A stretch of DNA of 63,241 nucleotides, filler included, from Stramenopiles sp. TOSAG23-3 (GCA_900128585.1; 10 parts of 10 records of this genome joined end to end with filler, not necessarily neighbours in it); one strand, 5' to 3'; shown: positions 11,002 to 21,641, counted from the first letter of the whole stretch. Notes: a model not told the origin generated them from the letters alone. Numbers and translations are program-made.

Positions 11002-12378
11002 TACAATGATGCGATCAAGGCCAAAAGACGACCTCTGGTGAACTGTTTAACTCTTACGTTTTATTCTTGGCTATTTTCACACTTCCTCCTTCAGTGTTCT
11101 TCTCCTCGCTCAGCAGAGCTCCTCGCCACCAATTTATAATAATAATAAACACACAAAACACAACTCGCGTTAATAATTATTTTGATAAAAAATATGATGT
11201 GATCTTTTTTTTTCAATTTTATTTTTGAATACATACACACAGTATATAAATCAACACTGTATTCATGTTAACATACTATTATATACACACAGCAAAGGGA
11301 CGAAATATTCGGATTCAAGTATCTTTGGCGCGGAATTGAAAAATGGCAAACGACTTTGTGTTAACTATTTGAGATGAAGAGATCTTTATGAAAAAAAAAT
11401 CGTGATCAAAAATTTAAAGCCCCAAGAGTGGTTTAAGATACACAATATTGTGCCTGTACCCATCATTTAACAGATTTTACAAATGAAGAAGTGTTTGTGT
11501 TGATGGAGTTTGGTCCAAATCGTCCATTTCACAAAAAATTGTCCCTAGGAACCACATTTCCAAGTCAATTGAGGGCAAACAATTTGCAAACGTTCGTTCA
11601 AGACCGAACATCGTGGGCGGAACAATTGCTCGTTCTAAACTTATGCAGTTAGGTGTCCTCTTTGCTTTCATTTGTCATTTTCTGGCGGAACGCTTCCACA
11701 TTTGCAAAATCGAGTCGGATTTTTTTTCGCGCCAAGGACACCGAACACTTTATTGAACAGGTGTCTATCATAAAATTTTACTTACACAAATTTACATCGA
11801 TCGAATAGCATTAGTCTATTATATTATTTTATTATTTTGGAGAATGGGCTAGTAGGACTACGTACGCCTCGTAATATTAATATTACTCGTAAATATCCAA
11901 TCTGTTATTGTGCATTATCATGCTGTTTTCCTTCGATCATCTTCAAGCCGCACAGCCGCACCCGCTAAAAAGCCGCCACAATACATCCCAGAGGCCGAAG
12001 CCCGAAGCTCGAAGCGCTGTTGGATCATGTTTTATGTAATATAATAATACTCGTAGTCGTCGTCTACCTTATCCAAAACATTTAAGTTTATTCTGTTCAA
12101 ATAGTACACTGCACAACATGAAAACAACGATTTTTCAAATCGATCAGAACAACAACAACTACTTATTTTTTGAATTAGAAGATATTACGCCTACTATAAA
12201 TATTAGGATAAAAGCATAGGATATAAAACAACAACTTTTTTGCGTGTCACAGAGAAGCTAACAATTTTGGTGAGTAAACACAGGCAACTTCAGGCAAAAG
12301 AAAGTCTTGAACCCGTCCACCAAACACTATTCTATTGTTTTTTCCACCTGCTATGTTCCAAAGGTAAATTGGTTGTAA

Positions 12379-13344
12379 ATGTTAAGAACGATTTTCTTGC
12401 TCGGTGTGGCCTTCTCAACGTCGCCTTCTGCTACGTTCCAGCCTGTAGAAGTCGGTGCTCGGACGGGCGATATTCTAACAGGGGCGGCTCTGACTTCGTA
12501 CCCGAATATGTCCCGCCCCATATTTGTCTCCTTCTCACCACGGCTCATCTACTACAATAATTTTTTGAGTGACGCCGAAGTTGAATATTTCAAGCACGCA
12601 GCCACGACACTGCGAGGGTGGAACAGTAGCGAGACGGGTTTAGTATCAGTATACTTTGAGAACGATGCGATTCACAATAACCCGATCGTAAATACGGTGG
12701 AAATGCGAATCGCAGCGGTCACCGGTATAGCCCCACACACAGACCAAGAGCCTTTGTGCATCCACAGGATTGTTGCGAGGCCCAACGATCCAAACAGAGT
12801 CGATGAAATCCACCACGACAAAGTTAACAAGCCCTTTACTACAGTGACGGTGTTGGTGTACTTGAGCGACGTCGAGGAGGGGGGAGAGACAATATTTCCC
12901 TGTCACATCGACCCAGAAACCAAAACACTTTGCAAAGACTCGTTCTACGGCGGGGCGCGCTGGCACAATGGCAAGCGGACGGTCGTAGAAGGACAAACAC
13001 ACTGGCAAGGGCAGGACAAGTCTTCTCGGAGACGCTCAAAGGTGGAAAAAGAAATGGCACTGTTGAAGCGAAGGGCCAATGAGTTTTGCGCGCAAGAGGA
13101 CAATAAATCAAGGGTGGAGGAGGCCTCTCTGTACGACAGGCCAAAAGGCATGAAAGTCTCCCCAAAGAAAGGGAGCGCAATTATATTCTGGCATGATATG
13201 CCCGGTCAAAATGGGGTAGGGGTCGGCGACGCCCTGGCGTGGCACACGGGATGCAAAGTAAGCAAGGGCGTGAAATGGACGATGCAGAAATTCTCGGAAG
13301 TGCCTCGAATGTCCCGCGCACGAACGTCTCAAAGGCTCCCGTAA
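12379..13344 (+). CDS. Prolyl 4-hydroxylase-like 2OG-Fe(II) oxygenase, signal peptide
   Basis: Hydrophobic N-terminus; SPRLIYYNNFLSDAE, HxD motif (HHD), TVLVYLSDVEEGGETIFP, PKKGSAIIF, HTGCKVSKGVKW. Confidence 0.88.
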   Translation: MLRTIFLLGVAFSTSPSATFQPVEVGARTGDILTGAALTSYPNMSRPIFVSFSPRLIYYNNFLSDAEVEYFKHAATTLRGWNSSETGLVSVYFENDAIHNNPIVNTVEMRIAAVTGIAPHTDQEPLCIHRIVARPNDPNRVDEIHHDKVNKPFTTVTVLVYLSDVEEGGETIFPCHIDPETKTLCKDSFYGGARWHNGKRTVVEGQTHWQGQDKSSRRRSKVEKEMALLKRRANEFCAQEDNKSRVEEASLYDRPKGMKVSPKKGSAIIFWHDMPGQNGVGVGDALAWHTGCKVSKGVKWTMQKFSEVPRMSRARTSQRLP

Positions 13345-13445
13345 TGGTATTTTTAATTAAAAAAACAAAAAATTGTCTGTTATTTAAGTACTTAAAATTT
13401 ATTATCTTTATAAACTGTGAACTCATCTCTGCTCCTGAGATTTTA

Positions 13446-15128
13446 CTAAAACAACATTCCCAATTTTAAAAAATTTAAAAGAACAAATACATTGAGTCGT
13501 TTTTCTGCCGAAGATTCCTCTTCAATGCCTTTTTCCAAACGCTTCTTTCTCTTCTGTTTTTGTTTGTCCACCCATCGACCCGCATTTATCTCCGTTCCAT
13601 CATCCAATGTGATGGAATAGTTCTGAGGTACATGCCCATCCCATTTCTTGCCAGGATTCTTCCTTTCGTATTCCAATTCATATCTAAAAATCGCATCGAC
13701 GTATTCCTCTAGTTTAATTTGGCGTATTTTTTCCCATAATATTCCAATTTTATTGAGTTGTTTTTCTGCCGGTGATCCCTCTTCAATACGTTTTTCCAAA
13801 CGCTTCCTTCTCATCACTTTTTGATACTTTACCCAATTACCCACGTTTGCCTCCGTTCCATCATCCAATGTGACGGAATAGCTTGTAGGTACATGCCCAT
13901 CCCATTTCTTGCCAGGATTCCCTTTTTCGATTTTCTCTTTGTATCCACGAATTGCAGCAATGTACTCCTCCAATTCAATTTTCCGTGCCATAACAACTTA
14001 CCATTGTATACCTATTTTATTGAGTCGTTTTTCTGCCGAAGATTCCTCTTCAATGCCTTTTTCCAAACGCTTCTTTCTCTTCCGTTTTTGAGTTGAAATC
14101 CAACTACCTACATTTACCAGGATACCATTTTCCAATGTAATGGAATAGTTCTGGGGTACACGTCCATCCCACTCTTTTTCAGGATACTTTGTTTCCTGTT
14201 TCTTTTTGTATTCAAGAATTAAATTAATGTACATGTCTAATCCAATATGTACTCCCCATAATAGACCCATTTCATTGAGCTGCTGTTCCTCAAATGATTC
14301 CTTTTCAATTCCACGTTCAATACGTTTCTTTCTTCTTTGTTTTATATGGCTCACCCAAATCCCCACGTTTGCCTTTGTTCCGTCGTCCAATGTGACGGAA
14401 TATTTATAAGGCACATTCCCATTCCACTTTTTAGCTCCATGCTCCTTTTTATACTCCTTTACAAGTTGAAGCATTTTTTCAGAGGAACATTTGATATTCT
14501 TCTTTCTTGATCTTAAGTTCCATGAAACTCCAATCGTAGTTAATTCCATTTCCACAGGTGATTCCTCTTCAATACCTGCTGCACGTCGTTTCTTTCTTTT
14601 CTGTTTTTGTGTGCCCACCCAAAACCCCACGTTTGCCACGGTCCCGTCGTCCAACGTGGCAGAATAGTTCCCAGGTACACGTCCATCCCATTCTTTTCCA
14701 GGATGATTCCTTTGGTATTCCACTTTATATTTAACAATTTCTTCGATGTGCTCCTTTTCTGTAATGGTGCGTTTCGCAACTTTAAGTTTATTCCATAATA
14801 TTCCAATTTTATTGAGTTGTTTTTCTGCTGGTGATTCCTCTTTAATACCTTTTTCCAAACGTTTCTTTCTCTTCATTTTCTGATTGTGTACCCATGCACC
14901 CACGTTTGCCTCTGTTCCATCTTCCAATGTGACGGAATAGGCCGTAGGCACATGACCATTCCACTCTCCCCCCCCATGCTCCTCCTTGTACTCTTTCACA
15001 AGTTGAAACATTGTCTCCCATTTAATGGCGCGTTTCGCAACTTTAAGTTTATTCCATAATATTCCTATCTCATCGAGTCGTTTTTCTGCTGGTGATTCCT
15101 CTTTAATACCTTTTTCCAAACGTTTCTT
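13446..15128 (-). pseudogene. Tandem helicase-associated (HA, PF03457-like) domain repeat protein; in-frame TAA at 13998-14000; 5'-partial
   Basis: At least 6 full and 1 partial ~80-aa repeats with the pattern L.EYK..HG...W.G.VP..YS.TL.DGT..NVG.WV..QK..RKKR......AEK.L..IGI.W. The two track ORFs are in one frame (TGG TAA GTT GTT ATG). Much more AT-rich than neighbouring genes. Confidence 0.75.
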
Positions 15129-15727
15129 TCNNNNNNNNNNNNNNNNNNNNNNNNNNNNNNNNNNNNNNNNNNNNTTAATTAATTAANNNNNNNNNNNNNN
15201 NNNNNNNNNNNNNNNNNNNNNNNNNNNNNNATTATGCTTGCAAATAATCCTTGCTGTTTACTACGCAGTGCTCACAATAATTTTGACGATGTTTTGTCAT
15301 ATCCTTTCTCGTATCTTGTTTCTTTTTTGAAGGATATTTAATAATAAACAACAGGAAGAACACCACAATAATAGACGAAACTATAGGACTATAATAATAT
15401 TAATAACACGCACAAATAAACGACGAGCCGAAAAAAAAAAAATTTTTGAAATAAAAATAATAAAATTATTTGATTTTTTTTTTTTTTATACTACTATTAT
15501 TACTACCGTACGAGGTACGAACGAACTCATTTCGACATTACCACAAAGACGAAGAGAAGCAAGGACCGACCTGGTTATTATTGAAATGTTTGTTAAATGG
15601 AATAATTTCTTTAATTTAATTTTTAATATATATACAGTTATTCAATAACATATGACGTGTACAGGTTTGTTTTGAAACGATTTTTTTGTATCTATCTATT
15701 GTACTTGATACAAGAACGCATTGATAT

Positions 15728-17266
15728 ATGTCCGTGCCGAATAACCAAGCCCGGCCCCAGCGACGGGACTCACTGGAGGGGTACCATGTCATCAAACGGA
15801 TTGAATTTTTGGGTAGGACGGTGCCGATACTGTGCCAAAATCAGAACGGCCCGTGCCCTCTGCTGGCAATATGCAATGTGCTTTTGCTGCGAGGTCACAT
15901 ACAAGTTCCTGCTGGGTTTGATCGCATCACCATAGAGGATGTGATACAGCTAATTGCAAATAGAATTATAGAGTCCAATACGGGCGACCAGTCCAACGTT
16001 GACCTTCGGAAAAACATAGACGACGTCATGTCGCTGCTTCCACGGCTGCAGAATGGCCTGGACGTAAACGTAAGGTATCGTCACAGCAAAGACTATGAGT
16101 TTACACAAGAAATTGCCATCTTCGACATACTAGGAATAAACCTTGTTCATGGTTGGTTGTACGACCCAGCGAACACGGCGGCGAAGAACGCGCTCGGCGC
16201 AAAGAGCTACAACGAGTTGGTCGAAAAAATAATAAATTTCGACTCGGCGAAATCCGATTACTTGAAGAAGAAGCAGGAGGGGTCCAAGAGCGATGAAGGT
16301 TCCAAAGGCGACGGGGCAGATGAAGAAGGCGGTGCCGGGGCAAAAGTAGGGGAAGAAGGTAGTAAATGCGGCCCAGAGGCTGAAGGGAAAATTGGGGAAG
16401 GCGCCGAGCGGGGCGCGGACAGATCTGGAAAAGAGGAAGAGGCATGTACTGGCACTGTGGGGCTCAGAGAGAAAGTTGCGGACGTGGACCAGGCCTTGCC
16501 TTGTGCGAAAACCGAAGATGGCGAGACTGCCCAGGAAACAGAAAAAGAGGATTTAGACCCAGAATTAATGCAGGCATTGCTGCTTAGCCGAGAGGCCTCG
16601 ATGTTGGAAACGTGGAAAGAGGAGAAAATCACCGTTGAAATAAATGGGGGAGAAGTGCGACTGGCCCAGCTCGCCGAAGATGCGAACACCATCCAAGAAT
16701 TTTTTAAAACAACGGCGAGCCAGTTGACCGTGCACGGGCTTGTAAAGCTGCACGAAGAAGTCAGGCCGCGGGAACTTTGCGTCTTTTTTCGTAACAACCA
16801 TTTCAGCACTTTGTTCAAAAAAGGTCACCAGGTGTACCTGCTGCTTACCGATCTGGGGTACCAGCAGCAGCAGGGCCTGGTGTGGGAGCTCTTGAATGAC
16901 ATCGACGGCAACACCACCTTGGTGGATTCCAGATTCGTGGAATCCTCCGGGCTGGCTTCCACGAGCAACATATACAACGCTGCGGTTGAGTTCGGGAGCT
17001 CATTTGGGCAAAAGGCAGCATCACCGTCGCGCCAAAGCAGCGAAGAGAACGACATGAGGCTGGCGATGCAGCTGCAAGCGCAGGAAGATGAACTGCAAAG
17101 GCAGCAACGCAGCGCGCACGGGGCACGGCAGCCTCCCGAAGCGGGTGGCAACGTCTTGGCACAGCAACAAGCGGAATACGAACGGTTAAAGAAGCAGCAT
17201 ATGGCGCAGCAGGCCGCAAATAACAAACGGGCGGGGAAGAAGAAACCCTCTTGTGTGATAAGCTAA
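15728..17266 (+). CDS. MINDY-1/2 family deubiquitinase (FAM63) with MIU-like motif and CaaX box
   Basis: Catalytic CQNQNGPCPLLAICNVLLL, LVHGWLYDP, FFRNNHFSTL, LLTDLGY...VWELL. DMRLAMQLQAQE is MIU-like; C-terminus is CVIS. Confidence 0.93.
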   Translation: MSVPNNQARPQRRDSLEGYHVIKRIEFLGRTVPILCQNQNGPCPLLAICNVLLLRGHIQVPAGFDRITIEDVIQLIANRIIESNTGDQSNVDLRKNIDDVMSLLPRLQNGLDVNVRYRHSKDYEFTQEIAIFDILGINLVHGWLYDPANTAAKNALGAKSYNELVEKIINFDSAKSDYLKKKQEGSKSDEGSKGDGADEEGGAGAKVGEEGSKCGPEAEGKIGEGAERGADRSGKEEEACTGTVGLREKVADVDQALPCAKTEDGETAQETEKEDLDPELMQALLLSREASMLETWKEEKITVEINGGEVRLAQLAEDANTIQEFFKTTASQLTVHGLVKLHEEVRPRELCVFFRNNHFSTLFKKGHQVYLLLTDLGYQQQQGLVWELLNDIDGNTTLVDSRFVESSGLASTSNIYNAAVEFGSSFGQKAASPSRQSSEENDMRLAMQLQAQEDELQRQQRSAHGARQPPEAGGNVLAQQQAEYERLKKQHMAQQAANNKRAGKKKPSCVIS

Positions 17267-17522
17267 GCTTCGTAAATTTCTTAAATTACTCAGGTTTTAC
17301 GCGTAACTTACTCGTATGCCGAAGAGAACACAACACATTCAGGACACTTTAAAAAAATTAAAAATAAGGAATAAAATATAAAAAAGAACTCGTTCTTTAT
17401 GAAAAAATCAAAATAATGGCGGTCATTTAAGTGTATTTAATTTTTTTTATTAAAAGACAAAGTTATACTGGTAAAAAAACTTGTCATCTCGCAATTTCGC
17501 TCGCTTTACATAAATCAACGTC

Positions 17523-20500
17523 TCACTCACCACGCTTTTCGTTCTCCCAGTCGCGGAGAATGCTCTTAAAGTTGAACGCCCCCGCCTGCTTGTTTTCGAT
17601 GGAAAGGGCGTCGCGCACAACTTCTAAAGCTTTGTTCAGCTGTGGCAAATTGTTCTTCTTATGGTCCGATGGAGAAACCTCGACGGATATGTCGGGGGAC
17701 ACACCGCAGTTTTCGATGCCATACCCTTTCCCGATGCCGTAATAGCCGCAGCTTGGATGCGCCACCTCTGTTCCGTCCACTAGCTTCGACGATTGTGAGA
17801 TCCCCACGACACCCCCCCACGTCCGTGTGCCTACAATGGTGCCGAGCCCGTACGCGCGGAAGGCATGAGCGCACACATCCGCATCGCTGCACGATTCTTC
17901 ATCAACTAGCAGCACTATGACCTGTTTTCGAGACGGAAGGTGAATCGGGAAGGGCTCCGGTCGCCCGTAGCGTGGAACTTCTATTCCGACGCACTTGGTA
18001 TTAAGTTTTTCCAACAGTAAATGGGATATAGAACCACCCCCATTCCCACGAATATCTACGATGATTGCATCCCGCTGCGACTCGACTAGAAAGCAACGGG
18101 ACCATTGGATGTACGCAACCGTGTCCATGTTGGGAACGTGAACGTATCCGCACTTGTTTCTGCTCTTTTCGTGAACGTAATTTGTCAGCTCCGCGACGCT
18201 GTCCTTGTACCGAATGAAGTCATCGACGTCTTTGGACACGCACCGGACACGGAATACTTTAAGCTCAGGACCCAAGCCAGCACCAACAGTTTGCTGTTGC
18301 CCGCCTTCTGTTTCTTTCTTTTGATGGTCTTCTCCACCGTTCCGCTTACCGCCTTTCCCTTTCCTTCGTTTGCCTCCCTTTTTCCCTTTTCCAGGATTCT
18401 CTTCCGCCCATGCGGTTTTGTCCTTTCCCCGCTTGGATTTACCCTTGCCCTTCCCATTCGCCGGAGCCTTTTTTTTTTGCTTCTTCTGGCGCAGTACTCC
18501 AAGGTACACCTCTTTACCGGCCATCCCCCTCAGCGCATAGGGCAACGAATAGTCTGTGGTAAGTTCGCGGTGGTTTACGGAAAATATTACGTCTCCAGGC
18601 TTGATGCCGATCCCAGGCCGGGCCAGGGGACCACAGTTTCTCAACGACCACGAATCGCCTTTGTAAAGTTTAACGATTCTGTTCCCTTTGATAGTTTTTC
18701 CCCCGTCGTTCATCGTGCATTCTTCCACATCGATTCCCAGGAACCCACGGTCGTTGTTCCCCTCTGAGCATTTTGCAAACGCGTCAAAGTCGCCTTTGTT
18801 CTCGTACGCATGCGAGCACCGCAACTCTGACAGCAGTTCGAGGAGAAGGTCTGAAAACTCTTCCCTTGTGTTGATTCTCTCCAGCAAAGGCGCGTACATG
18901 GCATAAATTCCTTTCCAGTCAAGGCCGCCCTTGCCAAATATTTCGGACTTGGTTACCTGCCACGCTTCCGCAAACATTTGCCGCCATTCCTCCCGTGGGA
19001 CAATTTCGACCCGCACACGGTCCTCAATGTTAATTTGCCCACTGACTTTGCGGCCACCCGCCCCCTCGTCCTCGCTGTCATCGTCGCTGCTGTCCCCTGA
19101 GCCGTCCTTGTCAAACATTTTTCGAATCCCGTACGCACTCACGATTCGCTCTCCATCTTCAACCTTGAACACCAACCCAGTGCTGTAGTCCATGGAGTAC
19201 TGGACGCCAACAATGTTTCGCCCACCGAAGAGAGATTCCTTGCACTTGTCTATGTTGTAACACGCCAGGGTGCCGGTTCCGTTCGCCTCCTCTTCTTCAT
19301 CACTATCATAGGCGCAGGATTCTTTGTTCTTTCCATCCATGACCAAGTCTCGGACGTACGTCACTTTGTTCGGCGAAACACACTGCAGCTGTCTAATTTT
19401 AAACCCGCTGGTGTTCAAGTTGGGGAACATTCCAACCCGGGACCCAATGCCGTTGAAGTCAATGACTGGTTGCTTTGTCGAGTAATTGGTCGGGTCATCT
19501 TCGCTGTCCGACCCGGAGCTGCCCTCACCTTCGTCAACCCAGCCGTCTTCCTCGCTGCCGTCGGAACTGCTGCTGTCCTCCTCGGATTCGCTGGACTCGT
19601 CGTCATCGTCGTCTTCCTCTGACGAAGAATCGCCGGCCGCTGGCCGTTCCGGCTTTCGCAGAAACGGCGAAGGGGTGTTGTTCTGCAAGGTTGCAAACAT
19701 GACGGTGTCGGAGGACGGAAACGTAATGTGCCCATCCCACACGTCGTCCTCGACAGGGCAGTATCGTCGGTTTGAGAGGAAGAATAGGTACCGCCCCGAT
19801 GGGTCGAACGCGGGGCTACTGTCCATGTAATACGACGGGGCCGTGACGTTGTGCACTTTTCCCGTCTTTACATTGGCAACCCTAATTATTGACGACATCA
19901 GCGTGTTTTTGTAGCAGTACCCCAAGTAATTCCCGCAAGGGCTGAACGTAAGGTCGTCCAAACCGTCCTCGTACAGGGCTTTGTCAATGTACTTCAAACT
20001 GCACTTCGCCAATTTGGACTGGCTTCCGGAAGCGGGGTACCGAACCAACAGGAGTTCTTCGCGGTTGTTGATCACGGCCAGCGCGTCGTGCTTGGGGGAC
20101 GGCACCATGTGCCAGGGCCTGCCAAGAGGGTCTAATTCGTCTAGCTTCTTGGACAATTTGTGCCCACCGTTGTCAAAGGTCAGCGAGACGGATTTGTTGG
20201 CAACGTTGTATTTGAAAGGCGCTGCCGCGTTCTCCTCGCCCCCCCGGTCGGCCGGTTTCTTTTTCGCCTTCTTTGCATTTTTCTCCTTCATGGCGCGAGC
20301 TTTATCCTTTTCTACATCCTCAACGTATTTTGGAAACTCCCTGCTGTCGTATTCATTGTCCGCTTTTCGGACCGTGGGAGACTCGAACAGCTCGATCACA
20401 GGGGCGTCGAAATCGGCGCGGTAGCTTACAGCAGCGATTCTTCCACACCGCAAGTATGTTGCTTTGCCATAGCGAACGCCTTGAAGGTCGCCAATCTGTA

Positions 20501-21641
20501 TCGCTGGTCCCCCAAACAGGGGCATTTCAAAGAGCCGCCCGCGAACCGTGGCGCAGAGCAAGTGTCCGTCTGGGTGGACCGTTGCCGCCCGGAAAAACTC
20601 GCAGGGTTCATCCAATGTCCGCCGCATAGCCGTTTGGCCAAAACTGTTCCAGGCCATGTCGACTTTTCTCTGCAACGACTGGCTTGAGCCGGACAAGGCG
20701 CCTGGAAGGTTCAACACGTAGAGGTCTCCGCCCGACTGATAAATCAACTGCTTGCTCTCGGAACATATGGCCAACTTTCGCGCGTAAAAGTCCGTGTGGT
20801 CAGTCAACTTTTCTACAACTTCTGCTCCGTCTTTGAGGAACGCTGCCAAATCGAACGCGTACACGTTTCCCGGGGCATTGTCTTCTGGATCTGCTATAAA
20901 GTAAATGCACTGTGTCGCTTCACAAAGTTGGGGCGACCCAACGTTGAACTCCCGGCAGACGCGCACAAAGTCTCGTTCGCCCGCCGCGTTCACCGATAGC
21001 CAAAGTTGCCCGATGTTCCCCCCCTTGTAGTGCTTCCACTCAGCAAGGTGGGGGTCTCGCGTGTGCCGGCCTATAACGACTGCCCCGCTTTTCCCGGGCT
21101 GGTACACCGACGCCTCCCCGTACTCCACGGGCGCAAGGGATCCAGTCGTTATGTCGAGGGCTGACACCGCTACGGTCGACGGGCGAACCCCGGTCGTCTG
21201 TTGCCGCAGCACGTACAGCTTGCGCGGGTCACCCCGGTCGAAATCCAAGACGCGGAGGTGGTCGTCCCCGCAAAATGTTAGCTGCTTGGGCGGTCCCCCG
21301 CAGAAGGGCACTAAATAAACTTCGCTTTCCCCATCTGCCGCAGACGAAAATGCGACAATGTTGCCGTCCCTCGAGATTGCGACGGATTCGCACTCCCCGC
21401 AAGTCGTAAGCCGCCGACAGGCGTTCGGAGCCCCAGACTGAAGCTGGTCGATAACAAACACGTCGTCTTCAGATATAAACCCTACTTTGCCGTTGCGTAT
21501 GGCAGGACATCGGTAGTAGCCTTGGCAACCCGTGCTCAGCCCCTCACTAGAACCTCGCGATAGACTCAGTTGCTGGAGCAACGTCTCCAAGTCCGCTGAT
21601 GCGTCTACGCTGTTCACCGACGTTTTCAACCGATTCAACAT
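17523..21641 (-). CDS. Tricorn protease (peptidase S41B): beta-propellers, C1, PDZ-like and catalytic C2 domains
   Basis: GYYRCPAI...FISEDDVF, WKHYKGG..GQLW, LTDHTDFYAR, DSSPAFDPSGRYLFFLSNR, EWRQMFAEAW, ELRCSHAY (catalytic His), GYVHVPNM, IIVDIRGNGGG, EESCSDADV (catalytic Ser), GTRTWGGVVGI, IENCGVSPDI. Confidence 0.93.
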   Translation of the reverse strand: MLNRLKTSVNSVDASADLETLLQQLSLSRGSSEGLSTGCQGYYRCPAIRNGKVGFISEDDVFVIDQLQSGAPNACRRLTTCGECESVAISRDGNIVAFSSAADGESEVYLVPFCGGPPKQLTFCGDDHLRVLDFDRGDPRKLYVLRQQTTGVRPSTVAVSALDITTGSLAPVEYGEASVYQPGKSGAVVIGRHTRDPHLAEWKHYKGGNIGQLWLSVNAAGERDFVRVCREFNVGSPQLCEATQCIYFIADPEDNAPGNVYAFDLAAFLKDGAEVVEKLTDHTDFYARKLAICSESKQLIYQSGGDLYVLNLPGALSGSSQSLQRKVDMAWNSFGQTAMRRTLDEPCEFFRAATVHPDGHLLCATVRGRLFEMPLFGGPAIQIGDLQGVRYGKATYLRCGRIAAVSYRADFDAPVIELFESPTVRKADNEYDSREFPKYVEDVEKDKARAMKEKNAKKAKKKPADRGGEENAAAPFKYNVANKSVSLTFDNGGHKLSKKLDELDPLGRPWHMVPSPKHDALAVINNREELLLVRYPASGSQSKLAKCSLKYIDKALYEDGLDDLTFSPCGNYLGYCYKNTLMSSIIRVANVKTGKVHNVTAPSYYMDSSPAFDPSGRYLFFLSNRRYCPVEDDVWDGHITFPSSDTVMFATLQNNTPSPFLRKPERPAAGDSSSEEDDDDDESSESEEDSSSSDGSEEDGWVDEGEGSSGSDSEDDPTNYSTKQPVIDFNGIGSRVGMFPNLNTSGFKIRQLQCVSPNKVTYVRDLVMDGKNKESCAYDSDEEEEANGTGTLACYNIDKCKESLFGGRNIVGVQYSMDYSTGLVFKVEDGERIVSAYGIRKMFDKDGSGDSSDDDSEDEGAGGRKVSGQINIEDRVRVEIVPREEWRQMFAEAWQVTKSEIFGKGGLDWKGIYAMYAPLLERINTREEFSDLLLELLSELRCSHAYENKGDFDAFAKCSEGNNDRGFLGIDVEECTMNDGGKTIKGNRIVKLYKGDSWSLRNCGPLARPGIGIKPGDVIFSVNHRELTTDYSLPYALRGMAGKEVYLGVLRQKKQKKKAPANGKGKGKSKRGKDKTAWAEENPGKGKKGGKRRKGKGGKRNGGEDHQKKETEGGQQQTVGAGLGPELKVFRVRCVSKDVDDFIRYKDSVAELTNYVHEKSRNKCGYVHVPNMDTVAYIQWSRCFLVESQRDAIIVDIRGNGGGSISHLLLEKLNTKCVGIEVPRYGRPEPFPIHLPSRKQVIVLLVDEESCSDADVCAHAFRAYGLGTIVGTRTWGGVVGISQSSKLVDGTEVAHPSCGYYGIGKGYGIENCGVSPDISVEVSPSDHKKNNLPQLNKALEVVRDALSIENKQAGAFNFKSILRDWENEKRGE

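Noticed and set aside
13998-14000. Alternative genetic code (TAA reassigned)
   Set aside because: Many conserved genes in the window end properly at TAA (CSTF3, GINS3, MPP-beta, RPB8), and no other gene shows internal stops.
17523-21641. Tricorn gene as bacterial contamination
   Set aside because: Same gap-free contig as eukaryotic MINDY and LTA4H-like genes, host-like AT-rich flanks and eukaryote-style low-complexity inserts; read-level confirmation is still advisable.
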